NCBI GenBank assembly: GCA_963826715.1
Contig: CAWGYA010000002.1
Span: 32,001-96,000 of the forward strand
Source of the DNA: Candidatus Bathyarchaeota archaeon
GTDB taxonomy: Archaea > Thermoproteota > Bathyarchaeia > Bathyarchaeales > Bathycorpusculaceae
Length of the DNA stretch: 64,000 nucleotides
Direction: 5' to 3'
The notes beneath the pieces are model-generated. The model was not told where the DNA came from. It did not search any database and saw nothing but the letters and a program-made list of their open reading frames with translations. Positions 9,315 to 19,854 of this stretch are shown in pieces. The stretch's first letter is position 1; each line of letters starts with the position of its first letter. The translations under genes and the position numbers were made by a program.

Positions 9315-10463
9315 TTGACTGCTCAAATAAATGTGAGTGGAGGTGAAAAGGCAAACAGAGAATGTCCTAATTGTCATAGTAAGAAAAACTGGAAAAGAGG
9401 AAAAAGAGAAAATCAATTTGGCTCAATTCAGCGGTTTATTTGTCGAGAATGCGGTTCAAGTTTTAGTGAAAAATCATATAAAGATTATCAGCTATCAAAC
9501 AATAGCCAATTATGCGCTAAATTAGAGGCGAAAAAATTGGATACTGCAACAGAATTAAAAACTGTTGCGGGAGATAACAACGAACAAGGGGAAATCATAG
9601 CTTTCCTATGGCACCTAAAAAAGCAAGGGTACAGCGAGTCTACAATCCATACAAGAGTAAAGATACTGAAATTCATGAGAAAACAAAGCGTGAACCTACA
9701 AGATCCTGAAGCGGTCAAGCTTTTCATTGCAAAACGCGAAGAATGGAGCAATGGACATAAACAAATTGCCGTAACCTCCTACGATGGCTTTGCAGAAATG
9801 CTAAAAATAAAATGGGAACCACCGTTCTATGAAAACAACAAAACACTTCCTTTCGTTCCAACAGAAAAAGAAGTCGATGCACTAGTTTCCGCATGCAGCA
9901 AAAAAATAGCTACCTCATTATTAGCAATGAAAGAAACAGGCTTTAGAATAGGCGAACTATGGAAATGCAAATGGACTGACTTAGACGAGGAAAATAGTAC
10001 ACTCAAATGCATAGCAGAAAAACACGGCAATCCAAGACAAATCAAAATATCAAGCAGATTAGTTTCGATGCTCTTAGCACTACCAAAGATAAACGATTAC
10101 ATCTTCGCTAACTCCAATCTAAACGGTCACAGATGGCGATTCGACAAACAGAAAAAAGCCCTATCGATAAAACTACAAAACCCAAGGCTCAAACAAATAA
10201 AATTCCATAGCATGAGACACTTCAAAGCATCAAAAGAATACGCCCAAACCAGAGACATACTACACGTCAAAGAGTTTCTCGGTCATAGGAACATCAACAG
10301 CACCTTAGTTTATACACACTTAGTTCCTTTCGATGACGACGCACAAGGCTATAATCACGCAACCGCAAAAGACGAGAAAGAAGCAGGAGAGCTAATTGAT
10401 AACGGTTTCCAATATGTTTGTTCTACTCCACAGGGAGTCATGATGTTTAGAAAACGCAAGTAA
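9315..10463 (+). CDS. Tyrosine recombinase/integrase with N-terminal zinc ribbon
   Basis: CPNC...CREC ribbon; catalytic residues in GFRIGE, AEKHG, HSMRH, LGH and TLVY. Confidence 0.92.
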   Translation: MTAQINVSGGEKANRECPNCHSKKNWKRGKRENQFGSIQRFICRECGSSFSEKSYKDYQLSNNSQLCAKLEAKKLDTATELKTVAGDNNEQGEIIAFLWHLKKQGYSESTIHTRVKILKFMRKQSVNLQDPEAVKLFIAKREEWSNGHKQIAVTSYDGFAEMLKIKWEPPFYENNKTLPFVPTEKEVDALVSACSKKIATSLLAMKETGFRIGELWKCKWTDLDEENSTLKCIAEKHGNPRQIKISSRLVSMLLALPKINDYIFANSNLNGHRWRFDKQKKALSIKLQNPRLKQIKFHSMRHFKASKEYAQTRDILHVKEFLGHRNINSTLVYTHLVPFDDDAQGYNHATAKDEKEAGELIDNGFQYVCSTPQGVMMFRKRK

Positions 10464-10491
10464 AGATACACCTAGGCGGGTTAGTAAAATA

Positions 10492-10801
10492 GGCTGGTGT
10501 ATTGGTTGTAACCCGCCTTTTGTTATTGTGGCATTTGGCTAATCGGGCTACCCGCGCCTTCCGGTAGATGCTTCATCGGCGTCTGTTTGCCCTTTCCACT
10601 TGCAGGACGGCCGTTTCACCGGTTCCCGTTCAGCGGACTCGGCATCACAAATGCGTCATTGCCATATCTGAAGGGACGTTTCGTTTCTGCTCTGTTGCCA
10701 AGCCTTTAGGCCTGCCCCATAGGAGCTGCAATTCTACATGTGGGCGGAGTTTCCTCAGACCCTTTGCAGGGTCCGACAGCCACGCACCAACCCACCAACC
10801 C
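10492..10801 (-). ncRNA. rnpB: RNase P RNA
   Basis: Minus strand has CR-I GAGGAAACUCCGCC, GAAACGGC and CR-V AACAAAAGGCGGGUUA (P4 pairing). 5' GGUUGGUG pairs with 3' CACCAGCC (P1). TATA-like CTTTATCT about 25 bp upstream. Confidence 0.93.
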
Positions 10802-11049
10802 ATGGTGTAAAAGGCAGTCGCAAGAAGATAAAGTTTAGCTGCGGTAATTTTACAAATAGCACACAAAAACGAATTGTTCAAGCGTGAGCTGAAAATGAAA
10901 GGTAAGGTAAAATCTGAAATATCAGGAAAATTTGATGCCGTTTCGTTTATGAGATTTTGGTGTTGTGCAGATACAGTCACAAATTTTTAAAAGCAGTATA
11001 TCTCAAATGATACTGGCGACATGTAATTTATCTTTGGGAGGTGCATTTT

Positions 11050-11247
11050 ATGCCTGAATCAGAGAATATAAATGAAAGATTGCAGAAAATCGGTGAAACC
11101 GCACAAGAATACAAAGATGCTATCATGAACCAATTCAAGGACATGGAAGTTGAAGTAAAAAACTGGAACTTTGCGGTTGGAAAAATGGAAAAGGATTACA
11201 CAGTTGAGATAAATCTTAAACTAAATATCCGCTCCAAAAAACCTTAA
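11050..11247 (+). CDS. Small hypothetical protein
   Basis: GGAGGTG Shine-Dalgarno before ATG 11050; charged ~65-aa ORF. Confidence 0.6.
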   Translation: MPESENINERLQKIGETAQEYKDAIMNQFKDMEVEVKNWNFAVGKMEKDYTVEINLKLNIRSKKP

Positions 11248-11285
11248 AAAATAATCTAATTCTTTTTCTGTTAAGTTTGGCTATT

Positions 11286-12512
11286 TTATATAGTTTGGTT
11301 CCAAAGGTAAAGTTGGTTGTAGTTACTTTCTATCGAGAAAGCCGAGTCGTCATAGATTATGTCTAAGCTTATGCCATAACGGTTTAGAAGTTTTTGTAAA
11401 TTATCCCATATGATGGTTGACTTGCTATCTGAACTCCAAAAACCCCAGATTTTGTCATTTGCACTACGCATGCCCCAACCGTAATCTTTGGGAAGAACCA
11501 ACGCAGCTTGTCCATGGGGTGAGCTTGGGGGTTGTTTAGTAGCAATTTGGGTCCAAAACGTTTGTAACGCCTGAAAATGTTCAGTTTTCATGATGCCATA
11601 GGGATTATTAGTATTATTGAAGGGGTAATCAAAGATCACGATATACTTTGCTCCTGCATTATAAGCAGTTTTCATTTGGTCATAGATGTTTTGTCCACTG
11701 TCGAGATATGGCGGGTGTGTGTACTTCCAAGTTATGATTGCGCCCCAATCGCGATTTTGCACAGTTGCCGCACCTCGAATTTGAGCTATTTGTAGGATTA
11801 TGCTTTGGTTCCAGCCGAACTGCGCAAAAAGGGTATCGTATTTTGCGAGGTAATCAAACCAGTAAAGGGCATAGTCGGAGGTGAAGGAGGTAATGTTATT
11901 TGCTATAAGGCTGTTGTGACCTCGATTGTTTCCAAGGAGCTTGTCAACAAACCACTTTGCTTCAACGCTGTAGTTGTCAGGTTTTATTCCGCTTATTTCC
12001 GCGATCTGCATCCTATAGTGAATCTTAGTTAGATCAAGGGGATTTGCACCTGTGAAAAGTGAGCTATTGGTAGTGAAGTAGGTTGGCCAATCCCAATCCA
12101 GAGGTATTCCACCCACTTCGTCATCATAATATGCACCCAAGAATTTTTCACCATAGATCTGTTTTGCAGCTTGGTAGAATTCAAGTTTCCAAGGCCATTC
12201 TTCAATGGTCCAAGTTCCTAGGTTTACAATAATGTTTAATCCTGAGTTTGTAGCATAATCGCAAATTTCCTTAACTGCTGACTCGTTATTACTAATGGGG
12301 TTTAAGCCGGAATCCAGAATGAATAAGTTCGTGTAGCTTTTGGTTCTATCGATTATGAGCTTTGCGCCTTCGATAGTTTCCCCGCCGTATGCTACACCGC
12401 AATAAATTGATGTTATTTGTTTGTCTTCGTCGTATGAAAAATTAAGAAAGATAAGGGATGAAGTTAAGATTATTGTGGTAAGGATGAGTGCGGAAACATA
12501 GTTTGATTTCAT
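11286..12512 (-). CDS. Secreted/membrane-anchored hypothetical protein, possibly glycoside-hydrolase-like
   Basis: N-terminal TM/signal; GAYYDDE motif; Trp/Tyr-rich. Fold is an inference. Confidence 0.6.
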   Translation of the reverse strand: MKSNYVSALILTTIILTSSLIFLNFSYDEDKQITSIYCGVAYGGETIEGAKLIIDRTKSYTNLFILDSGLNPISNNESAVKEICDYATNSGLNIIVNLGTWTIEEWPWKLEFYQAAKQIYGEKFLGAYYDDEVGGIPLDWDWPTYFTTNSSLFTGANPLDLTKIHYRMQIAEISGIKPDNYSVEAKWFVDKLLGNNRGHNSLIANNITSFTSDYALYWFDYLAKYDTLFAQFGWNQSIILQIAQIRGAATVQNRDWGAIITWKYTHPPYLDSGQNIYDQMKTAYNAGAKYIVIFDYPFNNTNNPYGIMKTEHFQALQTFWTQIATKQPPSSPHGQAALVLPKDYGWGMRSANDKIWGFWSSDSKSTIIWDNLQKLLNRYGISLDIIYDDSAFSIESNYNQLYLWNQTI

Positions 12513-12660
12513 CCATTTGACTCCAAAGTTATCATACTAAGTTTTACTTTTACTTTTTCTATTAATATAGAAAATTTACTGAATATAAGCTATGTTGAAC
12601 CAAAACAGATAAAAACTCGCTCAGCTATCCATCACAGCGAACCATAACGGAATGACAAAT

Positions 12661-12864
12661 ATGCCATCTGAAATTACTGATGTTGATAAATTTGTGGCGA
12701 TGAGCGCCAAAGCCAAGCAATGCCAAGTTAAACGTCTCAAAGACGGCGTAAAACTAAAGCTTCGCACACCAAGTCAGCTCTACACACTCAAAATCGAGAC
12801 ACTCAGAGCTGATGAAATCATAAAGAAGCTTCAATGCGAAATCAAAGAAGAAGAAAAAGACTAA
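12661..12864 (+). CDS. rpl38e: 50S ribosomal protein L38e
   Basis: MPSEITDVDKF...VKLKLRTPSQLYTLK matches the L38e pattern. Confidence 0.85.
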   Translation: MPSEITDVDKFVAMSAKAKQCQVKRLKDGVKLKLRTPSQLYTLKIETLRADEIIKKLQCEIKEEEKD

Positions 12865-13994
12865 GTCTTCTCTTAACATTCATTTTTGCATTTCAACGAT
12901 AAGCACCAAGCGTAGCTGATGTTGATCTGCTAATCACGCCTCCCAAATGGACAGGGTATCCAAATTTGGATTGTTTTGTTTTATAGTGTTAAATGCGGGC
13001 AAGAGCCCGCCCTATCTTGAGGTTGTCGGACGGTTTGCTTTTTCGTTTAGGGCTTGAGATTGCGTTGCAGGCTGGTTGGCGACTTCCTCAAGCAGAAGCA
13101 AAGAAATGGGTTTCTTTGAACCTGCACCTGCATATCCTGGCTCTTTCCCGTCAACACCTGTTTTCAGGTTAACATGATAAAAAGCAGCTGTATACAAAAG
13201 CATCACCAAAACACATTTTCTGAAATTCCCGAAAAACTTCTGAATAACCGAAAACAAGCGAACCTTATATAATCATACCTGCCGACTGCGACTCAACAGC
13301 ATCGACTCTGCCAGTAACCTTTCAGTTTGCGTAGAAGACAACAAAAAAGACATCAATCAGCTCTAAAATCGCCCCGAACAGCCCACTTGCCAACCTAGTT
13401 AAAATTCCAAAGAAGGCAAAACCCCCCTTAAACCCGAAAAAGTTGTTTACAGAGTTTAGACAAAGCTTTTTGAGTAGTTACAATCGCCTGTTTAAGCAGG
13501 TTTGCAGGTGAAAACTATTTTACCGCATTGTATTGGTTTTAGGCTTGGCTTAAATGAAGACCGACTCTTTAAAAATGGCAATCTTTTTGCGAAGTTTTCT
13601 TTAATAGGCACGTGGACACTACGAAAAAAATTCGAACTGTCACTTTTTACATTAAAAAGTTAAAATGGAAAGGTTGATTGATATGAAAAAACACAGAAGA
13701 AGGCATTTTTCCCATGAATAATGAAATTTTTGGCTACGATTAACGAAGAACCTGAAAGTTTGCGCAGCTCAGTGAGTAAGCTCAAAAACCTTGGAAACTG
13801 GAAAGTTTATTCCGAAGTTTTCCCATAACCGTTTGAGATGTGATGGCGTATGGCTCATGGTTCTGTTTGGCTTGGCGGGTGGGATTTAAAACTGTGTTTG
13901 GGGGATGCTTTCGTATACGGAGCTGCACCGGAGCGCCAGTTTCTGATGAATTCTGGAGGGTTTTGCTTGTTTTTTGTGGAGAATATAGCAACTT

Positions 13995-14750
13995 TTGGGT
14001 TGGGTAGCTGTGAGTGTTGAACGTAATATGTTAATTTCGCTGCTAAAACATACCCATAATCAGCCTGCTTTAATCGAAGATGTCAATAAGGAGGCACACC
14101 TGCCCACGGTTATTTGTATGGTTTTGCTTCAGAAAATGCAAAATGAAAACCTTGTTTATTTAAAAAATGGCTGCATCGAAGTGAACAGAGAGAGCCGCCT
14201 TAAACTGGCCATAAAAGCCATCACATTAGGTGCAGACATCCAAGCTGTTAGCAACCTGCTCCGCTGGCAAGAATTCGAGGAAATCGCTGCCATAGCACTC
14301 AAAGCCAACGGCTACACCGTAGCCAAAAACGTGCGCTTTAAACATGGGGGCAGACGCTGGGAAATCGACGTGGTCGGCTGCAAAAAGCCACTGGTTGTTT
14401 GCATTGATTGCAAGCGATGGCAACATGCAATTTCCCAGTCGGCGCTAAAGCGCATAGTGGAATCGCAGATGCAGCGAACCGAGGAGTTAGCTGACTCTCT
14501 GCCTAATCCTGCGTTAAACCTTGAGTGCATCCGCTGGGAAAAAGCCAAATTTGTCCCCGCCGTGCTTTCGCTGATGCAGAGTGCCTTCAAATACGTTTTT
14601 GACGTGCCTGTGGTGCCTATACTGTCGCTGCAGGACTTCATCTTCCAGTTGCCCGTTTACATCTGCGACGTAAGGTTTTATGGAAAAACCTTCATGAATT
14701 TAAGGCATGATAACGGTTTTTTCTTGCCTAAAAGCACGTTAGAGACTTAA
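13995..14750 (+). CDS. PD-(D/E)XK restriction-endonuclease-like protein (Mrr-cat/NERD-like)
   Basis: WQEFEE...EIDVVG...IDCKRW motif set. Confidence 0.75.
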   Translation: MGWVAVSVERNMLISLLKHTHNQPALIEDVNKEAHLPTVICMVLLQKMQNENLVYLKNGCIEVNRESRLKLAIKAITLGADIQAVSNLLRWQEFEEIAAIALKANGYTVAKNVRFKHGGRRWEIDVVGCKKPLVVCIDCKRWQHAISQSALKRIVESQMQRTEELADSLPNPALNLECIRWEKAKFVPAVLSLMQSAFKYVFDVPVVPILSLQDFIFQLPVYICDVRFYGKTFMNLRHDNGFFLPKSTLET

Positions 14751-15455
14751 AGGAAACTTCGCAGGCAACGCCGATGCCAGCCAAACCGCTCGCTGCGATG
14801 GTTTGGGCGGCTATTAGGGGGTTTGTCATCAAAATCAGCACACAAGCAAGAAACCCTAACCCAGGTCCAAGCCAAAAATCCTAAAAGAACCACCCCTTTT
14901 GGATTGTACGGGTGTTAGCGATTATTCACGACTTCGCACCCCTCAATTCCTGGTATAACAAAATCTTGGCGTTACTCATCCACCGAAAATCATGTTTACG
15001 ATGATGAGGTACATGGCAACCAGCGCCAATGCGGGCAGAGCAGAAGATGATGGTTTGCAAGTTGAAGCCAAAACTCCTTGTTCTGCGACAAAATACTGGA
15101 TAAATTAAAAAAATCCAAGTTAGCATCAAGGGATTTTAAGGTGTTACTAATCTGCGAGATATCCTCGATCGGTTAACTAAAGCCGTTTAGCTTAGCCAGC
15201 AGGTTGGGGCTCTCGGTTCCCGCTGATGATGCTTAAACGTGTGTTTTTGCCTGAACCTGAGATTTCAGTGAGCACGACAAATGCCCTCTGGGTTGGTTAT
15301 GTTGATATTTTTAGGCAGTTAGTTTGCTGTTGCCTACAAGGAAGTTTTTCTTTAAGTCCATGGATTGGACTATAAGTGCTCTTGGCTGGTTTTCGTCGAT
15401 TTGCTTCTAAAGCATAGTTGAGGCTTTGCTAATAATAACTTTGAGGAACACTCAC

Positions 15456-15899
15456 TTATGGAGTATCGAGGTAGCAGGTGTCAATATTGAGGTTTCCCCG
15501 GTCCCGCTTAAGGATGCGCACTTTATCAGGTATCTTGTTTTTCTCCCAGTCCACCCAACTTATTTCTTTAAAAAGCCATCTTTTCCCTAGGTGCGCACCG
15601 ATGACGGCGTGTTTGTATTCATTTGTTGAGGGGATAAATTGGTCGAGAAAGCGAAAAAGTTTGTCGATTTGTTGTTGGGGAAAATAGGCGTAGTATGTTG
15701 CGTTTTTGACTTCAAAGGCGTAATTGTGTTTGCCTTTGCGTGCCATGAGATCAGGAAGAGGACTTAGGCTTGGGTTACTGACTGGGACACGGACAGCATA
15801 GTAACCTTTTTTCAGGAGCAGTTTGACTAAGACAGTTTCACTATAAAACCCACGTTTACGCCATCGGCGAAGTCTAATTCGATCGATTTCAGTTGCCAA
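15456..15899 (-). CDS. Archaeal Holliday-junction resolvase (Hjc/Hje-like) nuclease
   Basis: G..SE..LV..L..KGY.AVRVP.S...PDL.A...AFEVK. Confidence 0.75.
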   Translation of the reverse strand: MATEIDRIRLRRWRKRGFYSETVLVKLLLKKGYYAVRVPVSNPSLSPLPDLMARKGKHNYAFEVKNATYYAYFPQQQIDKLFRFLDQFIPSTNEYKHAVIGAHLGKRWLFKEISWVDWEKNKIPDKVRILKRDRGNLNIDTCYLDTP

Positions 15900-17377
15900 T
15901 TTTTTTCTCTCTACTCTTCTATACGGTTTTTTTGGGATAAAAATTGTTCCCCTGGAGACACAAGAATAGGTTCTGGGGATGCTTTTGTATTCTCAAACTT
16001 ACCTTCGGTGTTGCTGGAGCGGTCTGGTGCACATCAAATTTCAAAGTAATACAATAGCAACCTAAATCACTGAACAGGTATTATTCACCATCAACATTTC
16101 CCAAATATTGCCCATATAGCCCTCATTAATAGGAACAAAAGTACTATTCAAAACCCTGACTGCAAACGTATAAAATACAAAAAAAGAAAGCAAACACCCA
16201 ATCTCTCTATGGATACAGAAGCATCAACCTAACCCACATAAAAAACGGAAAATCGCTAAAAATCGCTGTTCTCAAAACCTCAAACGAGTGAAGGTCCCCT
16301 TAACAGACGGTTAAACCCTGAACCAAGAAAACTATCAAAAATTAGCAAAGTTTGATTTTCTACGCAAAAAGACAAAAAATAGCTCTTTAGGCTCGAAGTT
16401 TATTCGAAAAAACCTGTTTTTGTTTCCGATGGAGATTTTCGAAGGTACTTATATGAGGCCCCGATATTCACCATGCCAAGCAACTACTCAATACCCTTAA
16501 GAGGGCATTATGAGGTGGAATTGACGTTTAAGGCATTATTTATACGTTTAATTTTGGTATTTGACATTATAACGAGAGACACTTTTTAGAGTTCAAAGTT
16601 TCGTAAATAAACAACGACAAATCTCACGTTTTATCTTAAAATCAGGTCATTTTAGCTTGATTTTAGGAAAAAAAGTGATCCGGTTAAGCGTAGTTACTAC
16701 TACTAGAAAAAGAAGAAAAAAATTTGACAATTTATAACAAACTTTCAAAAATAAGCAACTACACATTTGAGTTAAAAATTAAGTAGGAAAAGTAAGATAT
16801 CAGACTTACTTAAGCATCAATAGTCAGATCTCTGTTGCGACTCTTTTTTTTAAACTCACAAAGCCAATAAACCTTTAAGATACATTTTGAGTCCATTGAA
16901 TATCCGATTTTTATAGGTGATACCTACTCGAGCGCGTTAACCATTGGTGACCCACCAGGCATCCTAAAAGAAGAGTAAACTTCAAGCAATAAAAGAAAAA
17001 TGGACCGCGACTGTTTAGAACTCGTATAGTAACTTGATCTAAGAGACATTATGCTATGTTGTTATATTGGAGTATCCGAAAGAGTGCGAATTAATAGTTA
17101 CTCTTCGGTATGCTTTCAACATTTTGTATTTGTAATTCAAATTATTTCTTAGTAAATTGCTATCAAATTCCTATGGGATTAAGTTGCAATTAACCCTAAG
17201 CTACGGGGCAACTTAGAAAAGTTGCATGTTTTTTTTGCCAAATTGCTTTATTTTTTTATGCCCAAAGACGGAGATTATTTTTCTGGATTCTAAAGCTCGG
17301 TATACGAAAGCATCTCCCAAACACAGTTTTTCGAAAGGTTTTTCTTAAAATAGCTTAATATTTTATAGAAGATAAAA

Positions 17378-17791
17378 ATGTCAGGCTTTAGAATTGTTAA
17401 CAAAACTTTAAAATTCACTACCCACAACGCTGTAGACTTCAAAGATCTCTCGAATGAAACCCAAGAAATCGTTAGTAACTCTCAGATTAAAAACGGAATA
17501 GTCCACGTTTACGCCCCACATGCCACAGGAATTCTAATTCTAACGGAGAACGATGATGCTCTATTCGAAGACATCAAAAAATTCCTCGAAGAAGTAGCAC
17601 CTAAATATGGCAACTACAATCACCCGTCAAATGCACATTCGCATCTGCGTTCGATATTGCTGCCACCTGACAAAACACTGCCTGTAATAAATTGGCGTGT
17701 TGCGTTTGGAACATGGCAGTCATTAATTTTTGTTGAAACCGACGTATACCCGAGAGAGCGGACCGTAATTTTTCAAGTTATGGGCGAATAA
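17378..17791 (+). CDS. yjbQ: YjbQ/UPF0047 family protein
   Basis: PHAT..L.EN, NAHSHLRS and GTWQ motifs. Confidence 0.88.
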   Translation: MSGFRIVNKTLKFTTHNAVDFKDLSNETQEIVSNSQIKNGIVHVYAPHATGILILTENDDALFEDIKKFLEEVAPKYGNYNHPSNAHSHLRSILLPPDKTLPVINWRVAFGTWQSLIFVETDVYPRERTVIFQVMGE

Positions 17792-18124
17792 ACTAATCAT
17801 TTTTTTTAATATTGTATTCGATATTTACTTTGATTGGGTTATTTCAGTTTGACGATAAAAGAAATGTTGGCATTTTAACTATTTATTGTAAAAAATGTAT
17901 ATTCGATTTATTTTCGTTAATTATTATAGCTTAATTTCCTTAGTAAAGAGAAAGACAGGCTAAAAAAGCCATAAAGTAACCCTTAACAAGGAAAAATATC
18001 TAATAACTTTCTGCAGGTTCAGATAAAAAAATGTGAAACGGCTTAAATTATCATGCTATTTATAGATCATTTCAACATTCAAGCCGTTACTATATAATAT
18101 TCGAAGATCTTCGAGAGAAATCAG

Positions 18125-18856
18125 TTACTTCTCCGACGGTAATCGTTTGTTAGCACCCTTAGGGCGCATTCTTGCCTGTTTTTTCTCTGCAGCTATGACT
18201 GTTGCCTCATCTGCTAACTGATCAAACTCTACCTCCTCCAATGGTAGTGTGTCAATTGACGCAGGAAAATCTAACTCAGTTGCCTGTCCTGCACCACTGT
18301 TTTGCATACTCTCAATAGCTTGGTCAACATCTCCTGATTTCAAGTTGATCCCCAAGGTTGCATCCATCAAAACAATTACTTCGAAGCCCAATTTGCTAGC
18401 ATCTAAAACAGTATTTACAATGCAGTAATCCGTTGCAAACCCAGCTACAAACAGTCTCTTAATTCCCAATTGCTGAAGTTGAAGAGCAAGATTGGTTCCG
18501 TCAAAGGCTGAGTAGGCTTCTTTATCCGACTCAGTAGCTTTGGAAATTATGATCGTGTTCTCTGGAAGTTTTAGATCCGGACTAAATTGTGCACCTGTTG
18601 TGTTTTCCACGCAGTGAGGCGGCCATGGTCCTCCCTGGGCTTTAAAGGATATATGATTTGAGGGATGCCAATCACGGGAGGCTATAATGTGGGCTTTACG
18701 TGATTCAAATATTTTAATATAGTCACGTATAATGGGAAGAATTCGGTCTCCATTTTCTACTGGCAGAGCACCACCAGGAAGAAAATCAATTTGTATATCG
18801 GTGATTAGCAAAGCATCAGAAACAGTTGGGTTGTAGAGTTTGTTCACATACCACAC
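18125..18856 (-). CDS. pncA: Nicotinamidase/pyrazinamidase
   Basis: DIQIDFLPGGAL, DWHP, WPPHC, YSAF and ATDYC. Confidence 0.9.
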   Translation of the reverse strand: MWYVNKLYNPTVSDALLITDIQIDFLPGGALPVENGDRILPIIRDYIKIFESRKAHIIASRDWHPSNHISFKAQGGPWPPHCVENTTGAQFSPDLKLPENTIIISKATESDKEAYSAFDGTNLALQLQQLGIKRLFVAGFATDYCIVNTVLDASKLGFEVIVLMDATLGINLKSGDVDQAIESMQNSGAGQATELDFPASIDTLPLEEVEFDQLADEATVIAAEKKQARMRPKGANKRLPSEK

Positions 18857-19854
18857 CTTAATAAAATCAAATGCATGTTAAAAACCGTATTAGAATAAGC
18901 TTAAACTAATGAATAAACCTTCTCTCCTACAAACTGGCACTAAAAATTATTTAACTCTTAGAAGTACTACAGGCTCCAGGAATTTTTTTGTTTTCCTCAA
19001 AGCAGATATTTTAAAAAATAACTTAGCATAGAAATTAATGAGCTAAATAAAATTAAAAATAAGAGAATGTCGCCAATCTCTGAGGTGGATTTCCCAGGTA
19101 GGTACAATTTATTCACAGCAAACATCCGCATACCTTGATTATTCCTTGAGATGCTAAAAAAATGACTGCCTAAACATCACAGTTACCCGTCCCAGCTTTA
19201 ATTCTTCCAAAGTTATTTTCAGTTAATAAAAAATTCATTTCTTCGCTACATTTAGAGAAACTATTATGTTTTATTGGTGAAATTGCACTCAAACATATAA
19301 TTTTACCCGATCTTAATAATCAATTTTTATCTTTTAAATGTAAAAAGTGTACATTCGAAAATTTTTCGTTTAGTAAAATTATGGTTAAACCCTTGGACCA
19401 AAAACTTGACCCATAAAAAATCTCAAAAATCCCTGAACCTATAAAAACAAAACAGAACATCTCCAAATAGATCGGACTCACAAAGTTCCAAAATTTGGAA
19501 AAATCGAATAAAAAACCAAAAACAAGATACAATTAAACCATAAAATAACAACACGAAAACTTAAAAGCGAAATTTTAAGCTTTTCAGGACCCAAAAACTT
19601 TTTGAGCGTGACACTTTTGATATCTCTGAAGTTATAAATTTTGCCTAAAATTAATAATTTTGTTTCTGTAATTTCTAAAGGTTTTGCCCATTTTTTTGCA
19701 TGGCTATGAATATATAAGGTTCGCTCTATTTCGAAAAAAAAACAGTTTAAGTCTAAATCTCGAGTGGGAAAAAAGTGTGTTGGGCGATGCTTTTGTATAC
19801 AGCTCACGATAGCCTTATCTTCAAAGCCAAACAATAGGTAGAAAGGCGTCAAAC

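Larger units (their letters stand above)
5183..10511. mobile_element. Integrated rolling-circle element 1 (~5.3 kb) in the 3' end of the RNase P RNA gene
   Basis: Bounded by GGCTGGTGT(G/A)TTGGTTGTAA direct repeats at 5183-5202 and 10492-10511. Encodes HUH Rep, three cargo genes, a wHTH regulator, a small ORF and a tyrosine integrase. Confidence 0.88.

Noticed and set aside
5183-10511. Elements 1 and 2 as proviruses
   Set aside because: No recognisable capsid, spike or packaging-ATPase genes. A satellite lifestyle cannot be excluded.
10568-10980. ORFs 10568-10810 (+) and 10645-10980 (-)
   Set aside because: They overlap the RNase P RNA gene and have no protein-like features.
15223-15260. Hammerhead ribozyme or canonical C/D sRNA at CUGAUGA
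   Set aside because: No GAAA core for a hammerhead; box spacing does not fit a canonical C/D sRNA.
15947-16435. Two TTCCnnTGGAGA mini-ORB-like motifs as a replication origin
   Set aside because: Same orientation, no G-string and no orc1/cdc6 in the window; insufficient to call.
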